This document shows, in pieces, positions 52,201 through 63,428 of a stretch of DNA of 64,000 bases. The notes under the pieces are model-generated. The model was not told the origin of the DNA and did no database searches. It saw only the letters and a list, made by a program, of their open reading frames with translations. This stretch comes from Orbicella franksi (lineage: Eukaryota), in the NCBI GenBank assembly GCA_964199315.1, contig OZ116707.1, positions 28,086,001 through 28,150,000 on the forward strand, in the 5' to 3' direction. The position numbers and the translations under genes were made by a program. Within the stretch, counting starts at the first letter, position 1; each line of letters begins with the position of its first letter.

Positions 52201-52680
52201 AACAGTTTGTTCGCATCCGATTCTCGTCTTGCTGTCTTTTCCTCTGAGTTTGTTTACTTTAAAGTTAGCTATTCTCCAGCAACAAGGATGAAAAGAAGCC
52301 CACAAATATATATAAAAAAGTAAACTGACATTTGAGACGTGACCACAGTATCGCAAGGTTAAGTGGCCGTGAATCGCGGGTGTGTCGGTGGGTGAGTCTT
52401 GGCCGAATGAACATTAAGTTTTGTACCTTGATTACTGAGCAAGTACTATCAAGTACTACTGCATTCAGCAAACACTTTCAAGAGTAATCCAAGTGCATCA
52501 CATTTTCCTTTCGTACGCCTATTTTTTTGATGGACCAGCGGTAATGTCGGTGAGTTAAACAAAGTCTCTTGTTGTTGTTAGGTTGCTTGCTCTGACATTA
52601 TTGCTTCAAGTTCCAACACATATGCGTTTTACCGAGTGTTTCACGAAACACAGACAGATATCTGTTACAATTAGCTATTA

Positions 52681-52866
52681 GTATAAATCTACGGCATTCT
52701 ATCATGAAAGCCGTTTTCTTATTGGCTACGCTACTCACTATCTATTCTGTTCTAGATAGTGAGTAGCTTAGAGGTGTGTGGTTGTTGACAAGATGAAGGC
52801 CGATTCTTCGCGTTTTCGCAGTATATGTGTAGATGATTTAGATCAAGTTTTGAACGACTGGCAGAT
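52681..52866 (+). repeat. Dispersed repeat, copy 2
   Basis: Shared blocks with 36283-36466. Confidence 0.8.
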
Positions 52867-55007
52867 GTAATTTATAATAGAGTAATCAGATTATTCGTTC
52901 TCGATTACGATGCGTGGAAGTTGGCTTCGTCAATTATCACGCGATAGCAATGCCGAGCTCAAAGATAATCTAACTGTTAAATATAGCTATCAGGTCATTA
53001 CAGCTGTTGGATGATTTTGATATCTGACAAGATTATTTTTTAGTCTCATTTTCCGGATTTATTTTATCGTGAAAATGGATAGCAGTTTTATTTGCAACTG
53101 TTACATGTAGCGACCGGCTCCTCGGCAAAGACTCGCCGAACTTAATGATTAAGCGTTTTAGTTTTTCTTTCTCTTCACTGCCGAGCAAAAAGCAACGCTT
53201 TTGTGCGCAAGAGAAGTTTCTCGAGCTCAGTATCCACCCACCCGCCCCCCTTCCTTCCTCCCACATGCCTCGTTCCTTGTCCACCCTGACTCACACTCGT
53301 GTTTCACTGTTTCAATCAGTAAAGCTTTGAATCGGATGTTAAACTTCATGTAAGAGTCTCAAGTGTCCATTCTCCTTTGGGGCGGAATGCGGAAAGGGTC
53401 GTACACCTCTGTCATAAAAACGGAAGTTTGTGGTTTCTGGAACCTCCACGAAGTCAGCAAATATTTGTCCTGTTCTTCGGCTAGACAGCAAAGTCTCAAA
53501 GGTCTGTTTACTGGTGTCTGACTCAAAATATCTGGGCTTTCTGTTAAAAGATGGGAGATTCCTAATTGAACTTTGCTGGTGAGTGGACTAATGAACATCA
53601 TGGGTGCGTCACTTAAGATTACTGTAGAGAATTGCACCATGAAGCGGATGACGAGAATCACATGCTAGATTTTGAAATGTCGTCTTAGTTGCTAGTACAA
53701 AGGACCATAGGCAAACTCTTGGCTAAGGACCGACTGAAAAGGGGGCTACAACTAAACAAAAAAGTTTCACGAGTTCCGAGGTACAATCCTACATGACGTT
53801 GTAATTCGCTTGTGCCACGTTGTCCGCCTCGGACTAAAGGGGGGAAAATGCATGGCGGCTTTACGGCGAGAACTCAATGTATTTTGAGCAAATTAAGGAG
53901 GCTCGAAATTGAAATACCGTCGAAAGCTAATCTTTGAATTTAGATAGCCTATACCACAATATTCAAATATGGACATGGCTTTTTTTTACCATTGGCAATG
54001 ATTGTGGTAAACCTTGGTTTTTAAGTGAGGCTGACTTAGTTGAAATCCAGTCATTCACTGTTTTCGTACGTCAATGTATGGTGGTTTGACAACTACAGTC
54101 ACTACGGGACTAAGTTTTAAAGTTTTATGAGTAACCTGCGAGACCGAGATTTCCTTCTCTTTCTTCTCGGTTAGAGACAAGAAGGAACTACTGCTTGCAA
54201 CCGCTCTATCGTTTGATCAACCGCCGTCCAGCGACCAGGGACGAATAAGTAAAAAATGCTGGTTTTTGAGAAGTTTTTACCGGTTTATAACTTACGCATG
54301 ACAGATAGTATTCAAAACGCTGTATGTTTGCAAGGCTGCTGACAATATCTGCTGCCCTGTGATTGACTGCAAAATGACAATTGGCAACAGTACGTCACGA
54401 ACTCATCAAATTCACCTAACTTTCGCTGTTTGCACAGTTCCAGAAACTATTGCTGCACATTACTTCACCTCACCAAGCAATTCACCGCCAAAGGAGCATG
54501 ATGTGAGGGTTGACAGACAGGTTATATAGCTTAGGTTTTTAATTATTCCAAAACCGTTAGTTTGTTTATCTGCAGGAAGCTTGCAGTTTGGAAAGCACGC
54601 GTCGGACAGCGTAGTCTTGAATGAAGCCAATTTTGGTTTAATTCGTCCTTTTCTTTGATGCTCAGTACTTCGTAGAAATTTCCAAAATTTCTAATAATAA
54701 GCGGTGGAACAGTTTGAATTGAGGTAACTCGTCGAACATAACTAAAAATTTGATTGCACGTAATCGTTTCTTACGCAGAGCACGACACATGCGACATGCG
54801 GACGTAGTTCGCGCATTCACGATAGGAAATCGAGCGGTTGCGAGCAGGGGTTCCCTCTCGTCTCTCACTGAGCAGAAACATAAGGCATCTCTGCCTCTCA
54901 GGGTATTTTGTGAGTAAAACGATAGTAACTGATAGCACAGGATTTTATGAGGTTCAACAATTAAGAGAAGATGAATATCGTCTAATTGATTTAAGATAAC
55001 TATAGTA

Positions 55008-56060
55008 TAGTGGAACCCCGTTAATACGACCATGGGTCATGGAAAATTGGTCGCATTAATGGGGTGGTCGTATTAACGAGGTAGGGTCACATTATGATGC
55101 AGCACGCTTTAAACATGTACTGTACATGAATATCATTAATTCCGCTATATATCAACCATTTTACAATTATTCTTCAACCTTACAACAGCAATTCATTGTA
55201 ACTGAACAAAACCAAGTACATGTAATGCGAGAAAACAATGACGTCTTAAAGTTCCTCAACAGGATATGGCCTCTTATGAAATGTCTGTTAATGTTAGAGC
55301 CGTTATTTGTCAGATTGTGTTTGTCCTCATTCAGGAGGGGGGTGAATAGGTTTTCGGATCGACGGATTTGGCCTTAGAAAGCGCTTGGATTGTGGATTTT
55401 TGCGGCAAGTCGAGCGGATTCGCGGATTTTGAAACACAGTGGATCGTGGACCAGTAGTGAATTTTGGCGCGAATTTCGGATTCTGCCGGTCTTGATGTTC
55501 GGATCTTGGGTCCAAAACGAAATTTGGATCATAGATCTTTCTTCAACCTTGGTCGGTATGTTAATGAGTTCATCCAAGTCATTTCTTTTTGCCAACGAAG
55601 CTCATTGATACTGTTACTAGAATTGTACTGTGTTATTGTCATCAAGCATGTTGCCTTCTTTTAGGCTATTCAGTTGTGCAAAATTAACAATGGCATTCAC
55701 TTTTACCAGTTTGCCTTTGCACTCTTACACTTCTGTTTCCGGATGTGGTCGTGGTTTCGGATTTGAACAAAAATATCGGCGGATCGACGGATTTGGTGAA
55801 AAAAAGGCACGGATCGGTGGATTTGCATACCCCTATTCACCCCCCTCATTCAGCTTCCTCACCAGTCAATTTAACCGGTCGTATTAATGGGGTAATTTTA
55901 TAAAGAAAAATAAAGACTGAGCACTCCAAAAGGTGGTCGTTGGTCGTAATAACGGGGTGGTCGGATTAACGGGGTTTTCATATAGGAGAATGAGTGGGCT
56001 TTTGCCCGGGTCACTACAGGGGATGGTGCCAACGGGTGGTCGTATGGCAGGATTCCACTG
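55008..56060. mobile_element. Tc1/mariner-type non-autonomous element carrying a nested insertion
   Basis: Ends (T)AGTGGAACCCC and GGATTCCACTG, flanked by TA at 55006-55007 and 56061-56062. Subterminal GGTCGT repeats at both ends. Confidence 0.8.
55335..55847. mobile_element. MITE nested in the mariner-type element
   Basis: Perfect 16-bp TIRs GAGGGGGGTGAATAGG and CCTATTCACCCCCCTC. Flanking direct repeat ATTCAG at 55329-55334 and 55848-55853. Internal CGGATT repeats. Confidence 0.9.
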
Positions 56061-56586
56061 TACCTCCTTTCAAATGAAAGATCTCCAATTGTGGTAAATA
56101 CTTTGTACGATAGTAGGAGCTGGTTGCGATTTTGAAATAATTGATTTTGAAGGACTGTTCAAGGCATGCTGGATCAATATCAAAGAAACTAGGATATTTC
56201 TTAAAAGCGCTTGTAGATTTTTTTTCAAAGCCGAATAGCTATTACCCTCCCAGCAGACGCTCTTAGGGCTCGTCACGCCAAAAGATCAATGCACATGCTA
56301 CAATGCTGTTATTATGTCATTGCGTCAGGATGTTCACACCGCAAACATGACAACATAACGTTCTTCGAATGTCGTTATGTCGCGACATAGGGGGAACGTT
56401 ATGTCGTTAAGTTAGCGGTATGAGCATCTTGATATAGCGACATAATAGCAACGTAACGACATAAGAAAAATCATCAACGTAACAATGTAACAAAGAACCA
56501 ATCAGAGCGGCGCAAGCATTGTTGAACCAAGCCTACCAGTCAAGTCTGATCAGGAATGTTAATTTCGATCACCTGAAAGAGTATTG

Positions 56587-56727
56587 ATGTCGTGATGTCC
56601 TTATGTCGTGATATCGTTATGTCGTGATGTCTTTATGTCGTGATGTCATTATGTCGTGATGTCATTATGTCGTCATTATGTCGTGATGTCATCATGTCGT
56701 TATGTCGTTATATGTCGTGATGTCGTG
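56587..56727. repeat. Degenerate ATGTCGTG/ATGTCRTT 8-mer microsatellite
   Basis: Tandem ATGTCGTG, ATGTCATT and ATGTCGTT units. Related TTATGTCG and CGACATAA words occur in both orientations at 56340-56465. Confidence 0.9.
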
Positions 56728-56816
56728 TGACATTCAGTAAAACCAGACACCAGGAACAAAGACGCTTTTCCCGCCACAAAAACTTTTAATGTCACGCTAA
56801 CCCTCCACGATGTGAT

Positions 56817-58399
56817 CACGTGCTGTCATTTTCCACACGCACGTGAACGTAATTACTGATCCCCGGGCACTGGATACGCCAGAAATAGTAAGCGGAATGC
56901 ATTTTACGAATGCGTTTTTTCGGGTTCGAGATATCCCGCTGGGCAACATTCAAATGTACCCATTACAACGTGTCGACCAGATAAAACCTTTTAAAATCAA
57001 CAACTCCAGCTACTTAATTGAGAACATGTCTTGTTTCGCCATAACATATCTCTACCATGTTACCCTTTCTTGCCTAAGTTAGTCGTAGACTAGACGTACT
57101 TAACCTTCACTTGTTCAGAGCAGGCGGCTTCTGTGATATTATTGCATAATCTAATACTCGACAAAATCGTTAACAGGCGCGTGAGGACTGTTACCATGCC
57201 TACAAAGTAACATCACGTGTGCCTTCACGTTGTCCTATGAAAACGTGGAATGTAGACATTCGGAAACCGGGAACGTCACCATTACAAATGTGATAATTGC
57301 TCGTGAATGCAAATTACCAACCACGTTGTCTAGGTGAAAAATCTGCCCTACAATTTTAATTAGAAAGAGACAGACGTCTTTGGGTCATGTACAATGCATT
57401 TTGCCTCATTATTAAAAAAAATAAAAAATAAAACAGGACAGGTGCGACCTACTTGTTTCCTGTGGGGCAATTTTTCTGAACATTACTTAAAACCTAGATA
57501 TTTGCATTGGGTAAGATTGATTTTGCGGTTTAGCAAATTTGCAATATAATCATTGTGATCTGAAGAGACCGTCTTTCTTACCTAATGGGAATAAACTTTT
57601 ATGACTTTCAGCCAGCTGTGCACAGCTAAATCGCAATAGAATATTATCGCTGTTGAATGACGTTGTAATAAAGAAAGTAATCACTGCAATTGAAAACACA
57701 TTATTTAGGTTTATCTGCATATTGTTCTGATGTAGTTGATTGCTGTAATGATCACCAGAAACCAGCTGTCTATACCATTTGATGAATATTTAGCAGATAA
57801 ATATCTACCTAGCCATGTCTGTCCTCAATACCAGAGTTTCTTGATTACCGTTGTCTACCTTCGGTACCGGTATTCTTTCTCTTCAAACTGCAGAAACGTT
57901 TCGTGGGATATGCATTTATTTTTACTGTTTATTTTATTTATTTTGAAAGATAACGAGAAACTGAAAATATTGCGTAATGAAAACCTGCAAACTCCTATGG
58001 AACATGAAAAGACCTCTAAGCATCGGGCTACCATTGTATTGTTACATAATCGGACCGGCGAGAACGGTTGTTAGCCGCACGTGAGGACAAGACTATAATG
58101 TCTGACCCTGGAGTCTGACATTTACAGTCTGAACCATGACTGCAGGGCTGCTGCCAAGTGTTTTCACGTGCGAATTCACCATTTTCTCTTGCAACGTAGT
58201 GGCTGAATATCATTTTCATTAAAGAGAGGTCTTTGTGGTTTCAATTTGAAGACTTTAAAGTCATTAACTTAATTCATGCTTAACAAAGAAATGTTTCAAA
58301 TGGCTTTAAACGGTCGTTCCGTTTCGCGTTGTTTAATGTTATATAACTTAAAACCAGCCGTACATTAACGTGACATACAAGACATGCACACAGCACGTG
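56817..58399. promoter_or_regulatory. Cluster of six canonical E-boxes (CACGTG)
   Basis: CACGTG at 56817, 56840, 57214, 58078, 58165 and 58394. Confidence 0.5.
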
Positions 58400-59603
58400 A
58401 AGCGAAATCGAGAAGCGATTGGATAACTTAAAATATGGAGTAATTTTAAGTGGCAGATGTACAGAATATCAGTTTAACTGAGTTTACTTAAACCACCTGG
58501 ATAAGAATACAGTCACGGCATCACGCCAAATTGCAAACGTTTGCACCTCGAGAAAGGCAGCTTTCTACACCTTCTTAGCCCGTCATTTAGTACTTAAAGT
58601 TGTTCTTAAGTCTTAAGGTAAGTTCAACTATATTCTGGAAACTTGATTGGAATGTTTGCTCTATTTATCCAAGATCGAGTTAATTATTTTGTATTTCCTT
58701 CGTTGGGCATTGCTTCTACCTCATCTTCATTGCTTTTTGTTCACTTACTACTTTGTTAAGAGCTGTCCATGATTTCTACCTCCTAAAATCGATCGTACTG
58801 TTATCCGCGAACTCTAAGCTAGTTTCACTGCTCCGCTACCACGCGATGAATCATGTCACAGCTCGAGTTTTGGCCGCCATGTGGCAAACGGTGGCAGTCT
58901 GCGGTGACTGCAGCCTGAAGACGCCGTTATATTTCGTGGGACATCATTCAGATCCCATTCAGCTCTGTATAAAATGCGCGCGGCTTAAATTAAAGCAGAT
59001 CTTTGTCTTAATTGGTTAAACAAATATGCTCTTCTACCAACAAACCGTCATAAAACTGGCTTCGTGGCATGCACTCCAAATAAAAACTGTATTTGTAGGG
59101 TAATGCTTTGTTGTCTCACTTTAATTGAATTGTGTAAACCTATGTGTAATAAAATTGCCGACCGGTGAGTGAACAAAGGGCCAATACAAGAGTTTGTTTG
59201 CTATGCAGGAGTTGTTTGACTCTCATTGCTAATTAGGCCGCCAGTTGGAAATCACGCGAGCACGATCGCAGATTTAATATCAAAGAATGTTTCTTACATT
59301 CAAACGTGAAGAACCTAAATTCCCGTATAGCCCTTGAAAACGACAGGAAGTTGACAAGAAGCAGTGCGGCCTTGGTTTGATGCATTTAATATAATAGGCT
59401 TAAGTTAAGGTGAAGGTATGCAAACCGGAACAGAATTAGATGACAGGTCATTTATTTAGTTGGGGTAATTTACAGGGGTAGTAATCGATACTAGGTACAT
59501 TCCTAAAGGTTCTTGCCGTGTTGATTTTTGGCGGCCTTTGACAGCAAATTCTATTTTACCTCTTCTGACATCAGGTGACGTACCTTGTCGCTCACAGAAC
59601 AAT

Positions 59604-60446
59604 ATGAAGGAAATACTAATGATGAAGAAGACACACAATAGCCTGCTTCCACTACGTGGAAAAATATCGCCTCCCACGATTTTGAATTGCCTAAACCATT
59701 CTACGGAGCAGAAAAATTACAAAAGCCATGAGACCACAAAACCTGTGGGTGGAAGAGAGCGTTTATTTTCCGCGTCCACGATGAGCGCTTCTAGCTCTAA
59801 ACATGGTTCAACTTTCTCTGAAAGAGACTTCACTCCACCGTTTACTCCACCGGCAAACGGTGATCGCGCGTTCCTATTTAGAAGGCCTTCCGAACATTTT
59901 CTTGAAGTCCTAGAAGAAAATAAACAAAGACCAACTGTACCTAAAGTACGATCTTCCTCTTGTTTGCCTCCATTGGGGAAAACGACTCAAGGAGACGACT
60001 CGCAGAAAAAGAATTTAAGAGGAACTAAAATTGCCTTCAGTGGTTACCTAAACGGAGAGGATGTCGTCTCTCGCCAAGTTGAATCTAATGGTGGGCGACT
60101 GCTGGCTTCTGAGCAAAGGAGCGATCCGACAGTAACAAACCTCGCTAACAAGAAGATTCTGCGAAAAAGTCACTCTCTACCTTTAATCAAGCCATACACT
60201 GCTTTTACCGCAGGAATAGACTGTGTTAACGTTTCTGTCTCGGGAAGTCACACACCAACCGATATCTTGAACGATGAACAAAAACTTAACACCTGTGACC
60301 GTATGGACAATGCGCCTATCGAGGAATATTCAGAAGAACTGTGCGATGAAGGCGACCCACTTGAAGATGATGAGGAGGAAACGTTAGAGAAGTTTAGTAT
60401 GATATGTCACTGGCTAAAAGAATGCGAAAAAGCCAAGGTCGTGTAG
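59604..60446 (+). CDS. Uncharacterised S/P/K-rich, probably disordered protein (280 aa) with acidic stretch and C-terminal K-x3-I-x2-WL helix
   Basis: The ORF track starts at a TTG (59538). The first in-frame ATG is at 59604, just after acceptor GTCGCTCACAG ending at 59597. Ends EEETLEKFSMICHWLKECEKAKVV. Contains RRPSE, RSSSCLPPL, TKIAF and RKSHSLPLI. Confidence 0.8.
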   Translation: MKEILMMKKTHNSLLPLRGKISPPTILNCLNHSTEQKNYKSHETTKPVGGRERLFSASTMSASSSKHGSTFSERDFTPPFTPPANGDRAFLFRRPSEHFLEVLEENKQRPTVPKVRSSSCLPPLGKTTQGDDSQKKNLRGTKIAFSGYLNGEDVVSRQVESNGGRLLASEQRSDPTVTNLANKKILRKSHSLPLIKPYTAFTAGIDCVNVSVSGSHTPTDILNDEQKLNTCDRMDNAPIEEYSEELCDEGDPLEDDEEETLEKFSMICHWLKECEKAKVV

Positions 60447-63414
60447 CAGCAGGATTTCAGTAAGCCGTTTAGGAAATGCATCTGTAAATATCGACTTTTA
60501 TGGACCTTGCCCCGGACTTAGCATGCGTGCGTATATGTATTGAAAGATATCAGCGCTTGATTTGTCTTTTCATATAATTTTACCATACCTAAGGAGCCGG
60601 CGTCCCTGGGATAAATGGGCGCTATCATGAGTCATGATAGCAACATGAGAGTCACCATGCAAACAAAAATTCCTTGTGGGCATTACTAAAAGGAATAATT
60701 TCATGTAAAATGTTAATTTTATGTTTCCTTTAGCTTTAAGAGTAGTATCGCTTACGCGGTTGTGTTTGCAAAATTTTCAGAGTGATTGGTGATATATAAT
60801 TGGTGTGTTATGTAAAAATGTTAAGCTTTCTGCGTTACATTTTTGGGTCTCTGTAAGAAATAACTGAAGTAGGTGGCTAACGTAAACCTGATGAAATTTT
60901 ACATATTTTGAAAACAGTTTGACCGGAGTACTGCTGGTTCTCCTTTCCTACCCGGTTAAACGGGAGAGCTCCTTCAGGATTAAACTCCAGCTTAAGTTAA
61001 TCGTCTTATATGGCATCATATGAAATTTAAACACACCATCAAGGAAAAACTAACATCGAGCCGGATAATTTAATCAAAGTTTTTCTATATTAATTCATTG
61101 GGAAGTCTTTCAAAGTGTGTTGTAAGTTTGACCCGGGGTGTCTTTAACATACCACTAAATCAGGTACTAGTCATAAAATCCCCGGCCGGTACGGGGTTTA
61201 AATTCAAGAAAAGTTCATTGGAAGATTTTTTGTGAGATGTATATTGCTAGTTAATGTAGTGTTAAATTGATATAATTTTGCTACAAATTTTAAAATCGTT
61301 TTATTTCTCTATCACAATAGCTTTTGCTTTTTTTTATTGTAGTACTATCCTAATTTATATTCCGTGTTATTATACTATAATTAGACAAGGAAAATAAGGC
61401 GACCTGCAGGCTAGTGTGAAGGCGGCCGACCAAGATTGTTATTTACGTCCTGTCCACTAGTATAGTGGCTGTATTTGTCTAAGACATAGCTGGATTTCTG
61501 CTTATTTTACGATACTGGGTGGTCTTTTTGGTATATCTACATTTTACAGTAGAGACGATAAGACTTTTTATCGCGACCGAGGGTGTGTCAAGGTCATTTA
61601 TCTTCTGTGGACTTTGTACATAAATGAGTGGTGTGTGAAGATAATTTATTCATCTATTGTTCAGTACGCGAGAACGGGTTAATGAAATAAAACTCGATTT
61701 CATTCAAAGCCTTTACTTTGCTTATTCAGTGTTTACTGGTGGTAAACTGAGCCTTCCTTGCTCAATTAGGAGTGCGTGGGTGACAGCAATAAAGAGGATC
61801 ATCAGCTGGGGAATATTTCCTGATATACTGCCAGAAATAACTTTCAAAACGTTTCGTTAACCCTAAGGATAATTTATCTTCGAGCTTGGTGAAGGTTACG
61901 AAGCCAAGCAGAAGGGTAAACATAGCAGTCTGTGTGCAAAGATTAGGTAATGCACGCGCGCTGGGGGTCACATTTTTCATGGCTTGATCAAATTAAGATT
62001 GGCTTGATCAAATTAAGGTTCGAGGTCTTTCGCTGCCCCGTCCAGTACGTAACTCTCGATCTGTCTACATATCGTTAGTTCCGCGCTGTTTTGTGTTCTT
62101 GTCGGCTAAACTCTGTTCTTTTTCAGTCCTTCAGTAAGGAGCCGGTGCGATCGCTAGCAGGGAAACGTTTTGGGTGACCTCGGGTGGGTGACCGAAATAT
62201 TGGCAACCATATAAGTTGCAATAGACATGCATTACATCTAGAACGACTAACAGCTTTAGGCTACAGTAAAATTGAAATTCCCTGTAAATCACCCTAGACT
62301 TAATCAGGAATAACTAACTCAGTGAACAAATGAAATGAAAAAGCATCTTTCACTAACTAGTGCACGTTAGATTTCAGCCATCGTATAAAGAAACTTTATC
62401 ACTCGGAAACTGATAGAAGGTATTAGCATGGTACTTTAAGCGTTCAACACCAGCGTCAATTGTTTTGAGTGTTATAGGATTAAAACAAAGGTATTGTGTC
62501 TATTGTAGCCACTGAATGGAAAGAAAATGTCAGCAATCACGAAAGGAAGCAGGACGAAGAGCAACAGAACACTTCCATAAAACTGTCGGCAGGCTGTTTA
62601 TCATTGGAAGACACAACAGTTCAAAGTTGTTTCGAATTCAGTACGATGGTGTGTTGTTAGCTACACTAGGAAACTGCTTTCAACAGTTACCGTCATACTT
62701 GTCTAAGTGATCTTGCCGGGCTTAAATAAAAGAATATATATTCTTGAAATCCTCTGCTTAAGTCCTCTCTCTCAGCATGAGAAGGAACATATTTTCAAGG
62801 GATGTTAACCGGTGAGAGAAACATGTACATGTTTTAAAACAGAAATCGTCATTGTAGTTTGAAATGACACACAAGAACGATCCCTTTGATTAATTAAAGA
62901 ATTTAAAGCATTCAGATTCTCTTTACTCTCCAAACACTTGGAGAAGAATGCTGGCAGTTCAGTAGCACTTATGAAGTATGTACATACTGGATCAGAAGGT
63001 CTCAAGTTAAGGGCAACGCTTTAATCAGAGAATAACTGGGGGGAATGAAGCTTAAAGGCTTGGAGACTAAAGAAACAACAGATCGATAACATTTGATTCC
63101 CACTGCTTGTATAGGTGTACTTAAATGACTGTTTACAAACATTTTCTAAAATATTTGTACTTCTGAAAGTATTTCGTTAAAAAAGAATCATATTCGAGTA
63201 TTCTTTTGTAAATCTGGGCGCTATGTGTCAGACGAGTACTGTGCCGACAGCCCCCAATCCGATTATTTCTTTTGAGGGCTCGGCTGACTGGTTGGAGAGA
63301 GTTGCCTTGAAAAGAACATTTGCAAGGACCTGTGTCCAAATCTTCAGACTCCTAAACAGAGCCACACACTGAAGGCTACAACAGTGGGATAGGGGGCTGG
63401 GGAAAGGGTAGCCG

Positions 63415-63428
63415 GTAACCATGGAAAC
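63415..63428. promoter_or_regulatory. RFX X-box-like site GTAACCATGGAAAC
   Basis: Close match to the GTTGCCATGGCAAC palindrome. No target gene identified inside the window. Confidence 0.45.

Noticed and set aside
53359-53540. Possible minus-strand terminal exon (...SVFMTEVYDPFRIPPQRRMDT*) after acceptor TTTTAACAG
   Set aside because: No upstream coding exon, ATG or recognisable motif found. Too short to support.
54662-55608. ORFs of 70-123 aa in and beside the MITEs
   Set aside because: They overlap repeat DNA and show no transposase motifs.
59538-59603. TTG-started N-terminal extension of the 59604 protein
   Set aside because: Eukaryotic locus with an acceptor at 59597, so the extension is probably intron.
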